The notes beneath the pieces are model-generated. The model did not search any database. It was not told the origin of the DNA and saw only the letters and a list, made by a program, of their open reading frames with translations. A DNA stretch of 64,000 bases from Mobula hypostoma (lineage: Eukaryota). Position numbers and translations under genes: made by a program. Shown piece after piece: positions 1 through 12,726 of the stretch; the first letter of the stretch is position 1, and the number at the start of each line of letters is the position of its first letter. The stretch covers positions 89,282,001-89,346,000 of the forward strand of contig NC_086097.1 of assembly GCF_963921235.1 (NCBI RefSeq). Reading direction: 5' to 3'.

Positions 1-440
1 ATACACTTCCCTCCACTGTGTTCCAACTTCTGCTTCTTTGCCAATTCACTTAATCCTTGTGCAGACTCTCTACTTCCTCAACATTACCTACCCCTCCACC
101 TACCTTTGTATCATCTTCAAACCTGGTCACAAGGTCATTAATTTTATCATCGTGAACATTTACATGCAGTATTGGTCCCTGGCAGCTCACCAGGAAAGGT
201 CAACTTTATTCCCGCTATTTGGCTTCTACCAATGCTAGTACCTTTCCTGTAATACCAAGGGCTCCTATTTTGTTAAGCTGCCTCATGTGAGGCACCTTGT
301 CAAAGATGTTCTGAAAATCCAAGTAAACAACATCCACCAATCCTCCTTTGTCTATCCCGCTTGTTATTTCTTCAAAGAATTCTCAACAGATTTGCGAGGC
401 AAGATTAAACCATGCTGACCTCAGCCTGTATTATCATGTG
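1..440 (-). mobile_element. CR1 LINE ORF2 (RT region) fragment, degraded
   Basis: Resembles the minus-strand CR1 at 25500-26050 (e.g. ttctgaaaatccaagtaaacaacatccac vs ttctggaaatccaagtaaataacagccatc). Confidence 0.7.
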
Positions 441-469
441 CTTCATGGTGAGGTGGACTGAGAGAAAAT

Positions 470-780
470 GAGTTCATTTTTATTTGTAAGACGTCTGCTC
501 AAGAGTGGGGTAAAAGTTGACCTTGAATCCTGGTGTTCTTACTGTGAGTTTGTGTATGTTTTGCCCTGTGGAAGGAGGTGGAGGAGAAGGTAGAATGACC
601 TGGGGTAGGGGTCTTTGATTATACTGGCTGGTAGGGGAAAGGGTAACAGAACCTGTGGAAGATGGTGGCTTTTGTGATAGACAAGAACATGTTGAAGCTC
701 TGTAATTTCTTGCTGTCTTGGATAGAACAGCTGCCAAATAAAGCTGTAATGTATGTTGATAGGAAGCTTTCTATGGTACA
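470..780 (-). mobile_element. Rex1/Babar LINE 3' fragment, old
   Basis: Weak similarity to the other minus-strand Rex copies (ttgaatcctggtg...ggggtctttgattatactggctg). Confidence 0.5.
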
Positions 781-1599
781 GATGGTTTATGTATAAGCAG
801 GTTGGACATAGAGTCTGATAGGAACAGAAATGGCCTTTAAGTTACCAACCAATACTTAGTTGCAATTGTATGACTTTCCAGATCCTGCTTCTCTTCAGCT
901 CCCTCCCCATAATTACCATTCCTTCGTCCTTCTGGATGGTTTCCTAAGTCCCTGCCTTGCTTTCTTGTTCAGATTCTGCTGCCACTGTCCAAACCTGTTT
1001 TTAACTCTCCTTCCTATACCTGTGTAGCCAAAAGCTTCTTGCCAAACTTGCATGACATTGTGTGGAGGGCTATCCCTCCCCTTCCTGGTGACCTGTTTCT
1101 GACAGGGTTGACCAAGCCTGCATCCAGCCTTCTCCTGATTCCACTCTCACCTGTCATTCTAGTTCGAGAGGTCTCTTCCTGCTCCTTCCTCAGTGGCTCT
1201 GGGAATTCTACTGACCCTTCCTACTGCTCATCAGTGCACTGTCTCTATGTTATCTTATTCTCTCAATTTGTGGGCATCACTGGGAAAGGACCCATGCCCA
1301 ATACCTACACTCTGCCCTTTCTCCATCTCAAACTGTCAGACTTCCTGTGTGTAGAAATTCCCCCATGGAGAGAACAGGTGCTTTAGTCTTCAATCGGTCC
1401 CTGGAAACTCCATTCTCTGAATGCTGGTCGGTCCAGCTCTGAGGTCAGCCACAAGCTGCACCAGATGGTTTACAACTTTGGTGGTGTTGTTCACCCCAAG
1501 GGGAGCAACTGACCTCTTATCATGACATCACTATGAACCCTTATTGCCTGCTCAGTAACATATCCTGCTATGCTGAAACCTTGACCCTGGCTTTTGATA

Positions 1600-1915
1600 G
1601 CTCTGAGTTTTACTATTCTGGTGCACTCCAGCTGTTCTCCTTACTTCCCACAGCCCTGCTCTCTGGTCTAACTCACGACTCCTTTTTTCACATTACCTTT
1701 TTGGGCTTCGATCTGTATCTGATTCTGGTGCTGAACCAATTCTGAACCAATGCTTCAGTTTAAAAAAAAAGTCCCGTTCCTTCTTTTAAATAATTCCACG
1801 CAATTGTTTCTCTCCATCTCTGCAGCCATCACCGGTCCTAAACTCTGAACATACTTGTGCTATTCCAGTCCTGGCCTCTTGAATATTGTCTGACTTAATT
1901 TTTTTCCATTTGGCA
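1600..1915 (+). mobile_element. Ancient L2-type LINE 3' remnant
   Basis: Degenerate L2 3' motif (ttccagtcctggcctcttgaa...ccatttggcag); related remnants near 12210-12380, 20070-20470 and 48350-48590. Confidence 0.45.
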
Positions 1916-2100
1916 GTTCTTGGGAGTGAGAAGCCCGGGGACAGAAGGGCAGTGTGAATTTAGGAATGATGAAAGAAGGTGGGCAGTTTGTGAGAAGAAG
2001 ATTACCAGGCAGATAAAGAAAAGATTCCTCATTTTAAACATTCTGCCATGGCTGAGTGGAATATCCATCAATCACTTTGTGTTGTGTCTCCCTTTTTCAG

Positions 2101-2265
2101 TCACTTTTCCTGATATATTGTGGCTCAGTTACATTTTATTTGATGGTGCTCCTATAAGAGTCAGTATGATAGAGCCCTTTAGGAGCGCTTCAAATAAAAT
2201 TTTGCTATTAAGCTGGCTGAAGAAGGCAAGGGACACTGAGCAGGGGAGCAGAGAGGGAAAAGGAG
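2101..2265 (+). other. Candidate exon (165 nt), possibly 5' UTR or alternative
   Basis: Pyrimidine-rich acceptor gtctccctttttcag ending at 2100; consensus donor GAG|GTAAGT at 2266; one frame open, phase 1 at both ends. Confidence 0.35.
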
Positions 2266-2363
2266 GTAAGTGAAAGAAATTATAGAAGACTACAGAGTGA
2301 AGGTCATGTTTTGGGAATGTGATGCAAGGGAATGGATGCTGAGAAAGGAAGCACAGCAACATT

Positions 2364-2397
2364 TGTGTGTGTGTATGTGTGTGTGTGTGTGTGTGTG
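2364..2397. repeat. (TG)n microsatellite
   Basis: Directly visible. Confidence 0.95.
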
Positions 2398-3029
2398 CAT
2401 GTCTTCACTTACACACCCATGCTAAATCAGTGTGACACAATATGTTCTCATCCCTCTTGGACCTCAGTGCTGTGGAACAATAACACCTTTTGTTAAGGAA
2501 TTCACAGACATACATCTCCCTGTCATAGAGTGGAAGTATATTGCCCTGGATTCTCAGGGATAGTGTTGTAGAGCCGCACAGGACAGAAACACCTCTTCAG
2601 CCCACCATCTTCATGCTGAGCATTAGGCACAGAGGTCCCTCTATTCCTTTCAGCTTCTCTATCTGTATGTCTTGATCAGACTTCACACCGCCCACCCCCC
2701 ACACCCACCCATCCATAGAAAACAAATCCAGCTATCCAGACTTCGTAACTGAAACACTGCATCCCTAGCAACATCCAAGTGGCTGTCCTCTCTACTATTT
2801 CCAGTGCAATTTCATCCTTTCTCAGTCAGCTTGGACTACCATGCCTCTGCACCAAAACCTTTCTTTCTCAAATCTATGGGCTGTTTTAGTTTTTTTGTGA
2901 TTTAAGCCCCTTGAGTATTTTGCATTTTTTCCACAATTGTTTCATTATTTCACTATTGACATCTATGACTACAATTTCCTCCTGAAACACCTCCATCTCT
3001 CCACTGCTCTTAGTTTTAATATTCTAATA

Positions 3030-3345
3030 TTGAACATAGAAACAGGCCCTTCATCCCACTGAGTCCATGCTGACATCGACTACCTATTCACTCTAATCCT
3101 ATATTGATCTCAATTCTCTCATGTTCTCATCAGTTTTCCCGCAGATTCTACTCCTCACCTACGCTTTTAGGGGGCAGTTTACAGTGTCCAGTTAGCCTAC
3201 CCAGCATTCCACCCTGGGAATGTGGGGGAGAAACCAGAACAAGCCAATGTGATCACAGGGCAAGTGAGCAAACTCCCAGACCGACGGCGTTGGCGGTCAG
3301 CGTCAACCTGGGGCCGCGGAGCTCTGAGGCAGTCACCCTACTGAG
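3030..3345 (-). mobile_element. tRNA-derived SINE with CR1-like tail (V-SINE/HE1-like), degraded
   Basis: ggggcagtttacagtg...gtgggggagaaaccaga...cacagggcaagtgagcaaactcc pattern shared with copies at 17025, 18103, 40903 and 56220. Confidence 0.65.
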
Positions 3346-3542
3346 CAACACACACAAATGTGAAGGAACTGAGAAGGTCAGGCAGCTTTTATGGAAATAA
3401 ATAAACAATTGTCGTCTCGGGCTGAGACCGTTCTTCAGGCTGCTCCACTAATTGTGCCGCATAAAAGGGGTTTCTCATAGGCCATCTCTGACCGTATTTA
3501 GCATGAATGCCATCCAATGATATGCTTTGCTACTTTAAAGTC

Positions 3543-3954
3543 AGTGTGTGTGTGTGTGTGTGTGTGTGCGTGTGTGCGTGTGTGCGTGTGTGTGCGTGTG
3601 TGTGTGTGTGTGTGTGCGTGTGTGTGTGTGTGCGTGTGTGTGCGTGTGTGTGTGTGCGTGTGCGTGTGTGTGTGCGTGCGTGTGTGTGTGTGCGTGTGTG
3701 TGTGTGTGTGTGTGCGTGTGTGTGTGCGTGTGTGTGTGTGTGTGTGCGTGTGTGTGTGTGTGTGTGTGCGTGTGTGTGTGCGTGTGTGTGCGTGCGTGTG
3801 TGTGCGTGTGTGTGTGTGCGTGTGTGTGTGTGCGTGCGTGTGTGTGTGCGTGTGTGTGTGCGTGGGTGTGTGTGTGCGTGTGTATGTGCGTGTGTGCGTG
3901 TGTGTGTGTGTGCGTGTGTGTGTGTGCGTGTGTGTGTGTGTGCGTGTGTGCGTG

Positions 3955-3986
<32 letters not shown>

Positions 3987-4443
3987 CGTGTGTGTGTGTG
4001 CGTGTGTGTGTGCGTGTGTGTGCGTGTGTGTGTGTGCGTGTGTGTGTGCGTGCGTGTGTGTGTGTGCGTGTGTGTGTGTGTGTGCGTGTGTGTGTGTGTG
4101 TGTGTGCGTGTGTGTGTGTGTGTGCGTGTGTGTGCGTGTGTGTGTGTGTGTGTGTGCGTGTGTGTGTGTGCGTGTGTGTGCGTGTGTGTGTGTGCGTGTG
4201 TGTGTGTGCGTGCGTGTGTGTGTGCGTGTGTGTGTGCGTGGGTGTGTGTGTGCGTGTGTATGTGCGTGTGTGCGTGTGTGTGTGTGTGCGTGTGTGTGTG
4301 TGCGTGTGTGTGTGTGTGCGTGTGTGCGTGTGTGTGTGTGTGCGTGTGTGTGTGTGCGTGTGTGTGTGTGTGCGTGTGTGTGTGTGCGTGTGTGCGTGTG
4401 TGTGTGTGTGCGTGTGTGTGTGTATGGGTGTGTGTGTGTGTAT

Positions 4444-4487
<44 letters not shown>

Positions 4488-4510
4488 GTGTGTGTGTGTA
4501 TGGGTGTGCA
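3543..4510. repeat. ~970-bp compound (TG)n/(TGCG) microsatellite
   Basis: Directly visible; generates six spurious VC/HT ORFs. Confidence 0.98.
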
Positions 4511-5154
4511 CACATGCACACCAAGGTCTTCACCCATTACATTATGCCACCTTTCTATCTCGCTATGGTGATCACTGAGATTTTGTTTGATCAGCCTACA
4601 TGTGCCGTATCCTGTGGCATGCGTATATGATGTATTCGGGTCTCCTTAGCCAATGTACGTTCAGCACAACGTGTTGTACCTGCTGTATGCTGGGTAATAG
4701 AGCTTCCAGTACAAGTTACTGGGCACGATCAATTATCTGATGTTTCTAATAAACTGATGTGCTGGTTTGATAGGAATCTAATGGCAATCAATTCCCGGAA
4801 CTTCATAAATGGCAGATCAGAGGGAAAACTGTATTTTTAATTTCCCCAGATGTTTAGGAGAAAGCTGAAAGCTGTTTCCATGGTGAAGTTTCAAAGTACA
4901 AAGCTGCTTTTCTTGGCCTGTCTCGCCCTCGCTTATTTCCTGTTAAGTGCCAGTTGCTATGCACTGAAATGGTTCCGCTGGAGTGGGGCAGCATTTGTGT
5001 GGGAATAGCCTGGGGATGAGATGGGAGAGCTGGAACGAGAAGGCAGGAGGGGAGTGGTTGACCATAATGATTGTTTCCTGAGGCAATAGACGCAAGGGTC
5101 TTTAGCCACACAAGTTTTCAAATTTGTATGAAATGAGAAGCTACAGTCTAAGGG

Positions 5155-5440
5155 AAACTCTGGTGCAGGTGGTAGTGATGCCAGCTCGCGTGCCCCATGT
5201 TCGATCTTGCTCTCTGTGTGGAGTTTGCATGTTCATCAACAATCACTCAATTTCACTCCACACCCCAAATGTGTGGGGCTGGTAGGTTAATTAGCAAATG
5301 TAATTTGCCTCTAGACTGCACAAAGAATATTGACATCTGAAGGGAGTTGATGGGACCATGGGGGGAATAAAAATGACATTTAGTATAGAGGTGCTGGATG
5401 GTTGGCATGGACATTGGGTCTTTTGGTGTGTTGTAGAACC
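5155..5440 (+). mobile_element. V-SINE-like SINE, degraded
   Basis: B-box-like gttcgatc followed by tctgtgtggagtttgcatgttc and ggtaggttaattag. Confidence 0.55.
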
Positions 5441-6506
5441 CTGACAGTCTGGATGGTGAGGATTGTCAGGGGCTAACACTGGTGCAAGCTCCTGATGTAA
5501 GTTGGTTGCATAATTCAATGCTGTTCCGATCTTCTGAAACAAGAAAGAAAACTTTCTGAAATCTGGGAGGATGGGTGTGTGAGAGAGAGAATATAGGTGC
5601 AGTCTTTCAGGGAAATAATGAGAAATGGAAATTGTTCTGGGGGATTGCTGTACTTTGAAAAAACAGCAATGAAAAGAATTGATGATGAATTTCTGGGCAA
5701 CTTATTAAAAGCTTCTAAACAGACTATTCTCTCTGTATTGTTAAATAGCAATACTAATCATGTTGTATCCCGGGATCATGGGAAAGGGACTTTGACTACG
5801 TTATCTATCTATGTCTCTCATAATTTTATAAATGACGATCAGATCTCCCCTTAGCCTTCAAAGCTCTAGAGAGCACAACCGGAGTTTGTCCAACCCCTCC
5901 ATTGAGCAGTCGTGATTTTGCATGGCGAGAAGCTGCACATAAATCTTGTTTTTGTTTAACTCTTATTTTTCACGTAAACTCTGCGTCAATGAATTTTATT
6001 CTATATCTCAAATTTTTGAGAAGTGGTTTGTATATTCTGTAAGGATGAATTTCAGTAACTTGAATGGTTGTAATGGGTGGGGAGGGCACGTGTGGTGAGT
6101 CCCCTGGCTAGTGTCAGCACTTCCTGATGCACAAGCCAATTGAAGCCCCCCCCCCCCCTCCACCCCACAGGCCAGGCTTTTCCCTGAACTGGGGCTCAAC
6201 CTTTTGATGTGTTTTATTTAAGCGTGACTGCTATGGTGGTGGTCCCTGTGCTTGTGCATTCCTGGAGCCTCACTGCACCCTTCCTTCTCGAGCAACCCCC
6301 CGCCACCCACAGAGTGAGACACATATTTCCCTCTGATGCTTGTTCTGCAACAATGCTAATCGGTGAACTTCTCTTCCTACCCTGTGCACTGTAAATAGAA
6401 ACATTTGGTCGTGGCAATAGTTGTCCTCTACCGAGCCTAAGCACTCAAAGTCCACGAGCAAATGCTTAGGCAGATGAAGGAGGGGAGGGATGATGTTCAT
6501 GCAGAG

Positions 6507-6565
6507 CAGGGGTTACCAACCTTTTTTAAACTAGAGGTCTGTGGACCCGAGATTGGGAAGCCCTG
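6507..6565. mobile_element. Tiny hAT/Charlie-like MITE
   Basis: Imperfect TIRs caggggttaccaacc / gattgggaagccctg; a related copy lies at 27102-27181. Confidence 0.6.
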
Positions 6566-6969
6566 ACGTAGAACATAAACACCAACTGCTATCTGGGCCA
6601 AAAAGCTAAGTGTGTGTCCTGTAACTTCTGTGCCAGTCTCACTGAGTGTCTGTAATGATGTGGCTGAGGTCAGTAAGGGAATTGTAAGAAGTTAGAGGAT
6701 AAATGGGACACAGAGGCAGATGCGAAGGCTGAGATTGGGAGGGAAGGGGGAGTGAAATATGAAAGACACCCTTTCATCAATTGTAGGAGCCAAGGGATGG
6801 GCAGGGCTAAAATATAACTGCCTGAAATGAAGCTGGCTGAAGTAAGCACAACACAACTGGTGATGATTTTTATCCACCATACTCATCCTGAGATCTTCTG
6901 CTTATGTGTTAACCTGTGCCATCATCCCACCTGTTCATTAATCCACATTGGCTTCTGATTTAGGTTGAA

Positions 6970-8990
6970 GACTATCATCCAGCAGCACTTACATCCACAG
7001 TGATGAAATGTTTTGAGAGGCTGGTGTTGAAGCATATCAGCTTCTGTCTGAGTGGCGAATTGGATCCACTCCAATTCACCTACCGAAGAAATAGGTCTAC
7101 GGCAGATCCCATCTCATTGGCTCTTTGTACAACGCTGGACAGCAAAGGTGCACACATCAGAATGCTCTTTATCGATTACATCTCGGCATTTAACACCATC
7201 ATCCCCTCAAAACTAATCAGTAAATTCCAAGACCTGGGCCTCAATACCCCCTTGTGCAATTGGATCCTGGATTTCCTCACTTGTGTACCCCAGTCAGTTC
7301 AGATTGGCAAAAGCTTCTCCTTCACAATCTCCATCAGCACAGGAGCACCGCAGGGATGTGTGCTCAGCCCTCTGCTCTACTCGTTTTACACCAATGACTA
7401 TGTGGCTAAGTACAGCTCCAACACCATATACAAGTTTGCTGATGACACACCACTGTTGTGGGCAGTATCAAAGGTAGTGATGAATCAGCATACAGGAGGG
7501 AGTTTGAAAACTTGGCTGAGCGTTGCAAAACAACACCCTCTCACTCAATGTCAGTAAGACCAAGGAACTGATAATAGACTTCAGGAGAGGGGAACCAGAG
7601 GTCCATGAGCCAGTAATCACTGGAGGATCAGAAGTGCAGAGGGTCAGTAATTTTAAATTCCAGGGTGTCGCTATCTCAGAGGACCTGTCCTGGACCCATC
7701 ATATAAATATAATTGTAGAGAAAGCACGACAGCACCTCTACTTCCTCAGGAGTCTGTGGAGATTCGGCATGACAACAAAAACCTTGGCAAACTTCTATGG
7801 ATGTGTGGTGGAAGGTGTGCTGACTGGCTGCATTACAGCCCTGGTATGGGAACACCAGTGCCTTCGAGCAGAAGATCCTACAAAAGGTAGTGGATTTGGT
7901 CCAGTACTTCGTGTGTAAAACTCTCCAAACTATTAAGCACATCTACATGAAACATTGTCGTAGAAAAGCAGCATCCATCATCAAAGATCCTCACCACCCA
8001 GGCCATGCTCTTTTCTCACTGCTGCCATCACAGACATCCCACCCTGCAAAAACTCATTTCAGGGAGGTAGCACCATCAATTTGCAGGAGACTCCCGGAAC
8101 TTCCGGGAGAGGTGGGATGTCTGCAGTAGAGTAGCTTCTTAGCAGCTAGCCAGCTAGTTTAAATAACGTTAGCTATACTAATGAATGAATGACACCTGTT
8201 AAACTCACCTCAACATGTCTTTTACAGTCTTAACCCACCATGGACAATAGAAAAGTCACTGTTGCAAACAGTGCAGTGAGCAACATTGTCATTATTTTTG
8301 ACCCCTATTAGGCAGAGGTACACCTTAGCGTAGTCTGGGGTGAAGTATATTTTATATTTTCTTTTTTTGGAACACTTTGCCATTGTGCTCTCTCTCTCTC
8401 TCTCTCTTGCGCTCTGTCTTGCATTCTCTTGTGCTGTCTCATGTTCTCTCTCTCTCTCTCTCTCTCTCTCTTGCACTCTCTCATGCTCTCTCTCGCTCTC
8501 TTGTGCGCTCTCATGCTCTGTCTCACGCTCTCTCTCTCTCGTTCACTGTCAAAAAAAATCGATTTCCGGGATATTGTATATAATTTGCGGGCATCAGGAA
8601 GCCACTATCAATATGTGGGAGACTCCTGGAACTTCTGGGAGAGGTGGGATGTCTGCCATCAGGTTGAAGGTACAGGAGCTCAGGACTCACACCACCAGGT
8701 TCAAGATCAGTTACTGCCCCACAAGCATAAAACTCTTGAACAAAAGGACATAACTACACTCATTTAAAATCTCTGTTGTCTTGTTATTTCATGTGTGTTA
8801 TTTATTGCTTTTTATTTATATCAGCATTTGCAGAGTTTGTTTACAGTTTAGTTTCTGATGTTTACAGATACTGTTTACAGCTAGTGTCCTATAGATATGC
8901 TAAGTATGCCCGCAGAAAAAGAACCTCCGGGTTATATGTGGTGACATGTATAAACTCTGATAATAAATTTTACATTTAACTTCGAATTTT
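6970..8990 (+). mobile_element. Rex1/Babar LINE, 5'-truncated (RT plus C-terminal region), interrupted by a hAT element
   Basis: ORFs read [41 protein letters not shown] and SWTHHINIIVEKARQHLYFLR; frameshift near 7450; AT-rich 3' UTR. Confidence 0.92.
8031..8655 (-). mobile_element. Non-autonomous hAT-type DNA transposon with 6-bp TSD and transposase N-terminal zinc-finger remnant
   Basis: 13-bp TIRs cagacatcccacc / ggtgggatgtctg; ccatca duplicated at 8025-8030 and 8656-8661; the Rex sequence rejoins across it; minus-strand peptide MAKCSKKRKY...HCTVCNSDFSIVHGG. Confidence 0.85.
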
Positions 8991-9825
8991 TGAACTTTGA
9001 AGATCTGGGTCTGTGTGTTCCAATTCCTCTGTGGGATTGCCCTACCCTGTTCTCATAAAGCTGGCTCCAGCTCTGGGCTTTCTGCACTGACAGCTCATTT
9101 TAAATTGGCCCTGTCTACACTTACTCTGGCCTACAGACCCTCAAACCCTGTGGCTGAGAGACACAATCTCTACACGTGCTGCCTGGTGAAATTTCTGTGA
9201 TAACACATTCTGTAAAGAGAACTGCGGATTCACCCCATGCGTCTCCACAAGAATGTTTTTTTTCTGGTCCTCCGTGGATCTGACCTACTAATGCTTGGAG
9301 ATTCTCTCAGTTTCCAAGATTTTTGTGCTTGTGCGAACTGACCAGCTGAACAGAAAAAAGCATTGCATCGTTTATTTGGCCTAGCTGGGGGGAATCTACA
9401 GGAACTCACTTAGGCAGTCGGCTGCTCTTTACGATGAACATTTATCCCTTGTGGTGACAACCTTGCACAACCTTCACAGTGAAACCGTGTACACACACAC
9501 AGTCAGCTGATGTAACACCTCCCACCTCGTGCAGGTGATGCTATTATTCCTCTTCCAATTTGCTTCTTTCATCAGAACTGGACCCACCTGTTTTCTCTTC
9601 TTTTGCATGAACTGCAAATGCATGGAAGAATTTCCAACTATTTCCTTCCTCCCTTAAGGCATGCTTTCTGTCAGCTTTTTTAAAAAATGTATGTTCATTC
9701 ACAGGATGTGAATTAGGCTGTGTGAATTGCCTTGGGACGGATATGATGGGTTGACTGTTGTACTGTGACTTGCTAAGATTCTGCAAATCTATTTATATGT
9801 TTGGGATCTTTTTCTATGTTTAATA

Positions 9826-10625
9826 GAGTCATAGAAAAGTACAGCACAGAAACAGTCCCTTCAGCCCATCTTATCCTTGCCAAACTATTTAAACTGCCTA
9901 CTCCCATCAAATTCTATACCCCTACCATCCATGTACCTATTCAACTTCTCTTCAGCATCAAAATCGAGCTCGCATGCACCACTTGAACTGGCAGCTTGTT
10001 CCACATTCCCACAACCCTCTGAGTGAAGAAGCTTCTCCTTATTTTCCCCTTAAAATTTTCACCTTTCACCCTTAACCCATGACCTCTAGTTGTAGTCCCA
10101 CCCAACCTCAGTGGAAAAAGCCTGCTTGCATTTACCTGATCTATACTCCTCATAATTTTGTATACCTCTATCAAATCTCCCCTCGGTCTTCTACATTCCA
10201 AGGAATAAAGTCCTAACCTTTTCAATCTTTCCATATAACTCAGGTCCTCGAAGCAACATCTTTGTAAATTTTCTCTGTACTCTTTCAATACTATTTATAT
10301 CTTTCCTGTAGGTAGGTGACCAAAACGCACACAGTACTCCAAATTAGACCTCACTAATGTCTTATACAACTTCAACATAACATTCCATCTCCTGTACTCA
10401 GTACTTTGACTTATGAAGGCCAATGTGTCAAAAGCTTTCTTAAGGACCCTATGTACCTGTGACACCATTGTCAATGAATTATGGCCCTGTATTCCCAGAT
10501 CCCTTTGATCTACCACACTCTTCAGTGCTTTACTGTTCTCTGTGTAAGACCTACTCTGGTTGGTCCTACCAAAGTGCAAGACGTCACCCTTGTTTGCATT
10601 AAATTCCATCTACCATTCTTCAGCA
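9826..10625 (-). mobile_element. CR1 LINE 3' fragment
   Basis: Minus ORFs LYKTLVRSNLEYCV, ERLKRLGLYSLE and TRGHGLRV..FFTQRVV. Confidence 0.9.
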
Positions 10626-11317
10626 GTGTTATGTAAGCGCAAGATAATATTTAGCATCTTCTTAATCCTCTTAGTTGTTCCATTTTCGCTTTAAATGGTT
10701 CAGCTGGTTTATATATAATTTTAAGGTCATTGACGTCAAACGTTAGCTCTTCCTGTCTCCACAGATATTGCTCGACCTGCTAGGTACCTCCAGCATTTTC
10801 TCATGACATCTAGAATAATGACTACATGAGTTACAGGCTTGTATCCAATCAGCTCTGTAGGTGGATGCTTCACTCTGTAGTGATTGGATGTGTTTATGTA
10901 GATAAGCTGGGTATACTTTGTGGTATTTATGTGCAGGAATGATGCTGAACAAGGAGCAGTATCAGTGCAGAAGGTGAGAGGTCATTGTGTCACGTTACCA
11001 GTGGATGTGGGTGTGGTATGTTTACAGTATGTTTTGGCAGCAACGTGTCATACAGCAGAGCCCCTGTTTAGCTGACTGTCACAATACTGCGTACCTGTAA
11101 GTATTTATGACATTCATAATCCTTTTATAGAAAACATTCCAAAACTGATCAAGCTATTTAAATTGTAAATAAGATCAAACATTTGAAGCCAATATACATG
11201 GTACAGTACTGGAACAGTCTCTTCTACTCACGATGTTGTGCAAAACGAATGAATCCTTTCTGTCCATATCCCTCCATTCTCTTCACATTCATCTGCCTAT
11301 CAAAATGTTTAACAATA

Positions 11318-11576
11318 GGGTGGCGCAGTAGCGTAGTGGCTAGCACAATGCTTTATAATACAGGCAAAAACGGGGATTCATGTCTTTCCACTGCCTGTAT
11401 GGAGTTTGTATGTTCTCCCTGTGGCCACGTGGGTTTCTGCTCTCAGTCCAAAAATGTACCGGTTGGTAGGTGTAAATTGCCCTGTGATGAGGCTGGGATT
11501 AAATCAGGGGGTTGCTGGGCGGTGAGGCTCGAAGGGCCAGAAGGGCCTATTCCACACTGTATGTCAATAAATAAAT
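11318..11576 (+). mobile_element. tRNA-derived V-SINE-like SINE
   Basis: Head gggtggcgcagtagcgtagtggctagc (A box), body ggagtttgtatgttctcc, tail (aata)n. Confidence 0.75.
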
Positions 11577-12726
11577 CACTCAAAATATAGATTAAAATAT
11601 CGATTAACTAAGGTTTGCCTTTGTTCCTCAAGACCACTTCCTCCACTGAAAGTTTAGACCCTGCTCTGTGGTAGATTTAGCCTGGCGTAGCCGGTTTGCG
11701 TGGATACCTAGCGCCTATGACAAGCTTGTGCTGAAGGCTGTAACTCTGCCCTGAGGTGTCTGATGCAGAAGAACTTCCTCCGGATCGCTCAGGCAGCAGA
11801 CCTCTGAGAGAAGTTGTCAGCATTTTCCCACCAATGCAAAGTCCATAATTACTAAATAATTAAATAACAAGTCCAATAACTAAACACTTACTGCATTCTA
11901 AATTGAACTTGGCAAGAGTATTTCTGATTTTAATCCATTGCAATAGTGGATGAGTTTCAAAATTATTTAATTAACAATAAAGCCATGGGGACTTGGTGCG
12001 ACTTCAGTGCTATGTAAAATGCAGATCCATTCTCTCAGTCACCTAGCATTTGCTGTTGAAGTTTCTGGGCAGTGTGCTAAATGGAAAAGTCTAGTAATAA
12101 AACTCTCTGTAAGTAAACAGACCAGTGACCTAGGGTCAGGCTCTTCCCACAGGAACCAGCTCTCTGCACGGCACTAGATACAGATTTTGACAATGTATGT
12201 ATCTCCATCTGGAACGGGACACTGTTCTCCAGACTGCAAGGGTGGAGGGGTGGAAACAGCTGCTTTTCACCCTTTATCTCAACAGCCTCCATGGCCTTGC
12301 CTTTCCCTTTTTGTATCTTCAACAGTCCCATGACCATCCAGTGTATCAGCTCTGCCTCACACCCCAGATTTTCACCACTCCACCACTGGCACTATGCCTT
12401 TCACTGTCAACATCCCACAGTCCAGAATTCCTTCCTGAAATGACTTCACATTTCACAGAGTCATGGAATGCACCGAAATACGCCCTTCATCACACTGCCT
12501 ATGTGCCAACCATTTACCCCATCCACACTAATCAGGACAATATGTCTCATTTCATCTTTCAGGAAGTTTGAAAGATTTTAGTTCATAAGACAGCAGAAGA
12601 ACAGGTTTGGCCCATGATGTTATACCATACTAATTAAACTAGCAATTAAATACTTAATTAAGCTAATTTCTTCTGCCTACTCTATGTCTGTATTCCTCCA
12701 TTCTCTGCATATTCCTGTGCATATTT

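Noticed and set aside
850..1480. Possible very old CR1 ORF1 on the minus strand
   Set aside because: Similarity too faint to support by eye.
3498..4630. Six 330-360-aa ORFs
   Set aside because: Translations of the (TG)n array, which lacks stop codons in every frame.
10937..10973. 37-nt micro-exon candidate (gtgcag...aag|gtgaga)
   Set aside because: Weak polypyrimidine tract and not in frame with the main candidate exon; insufficient support.
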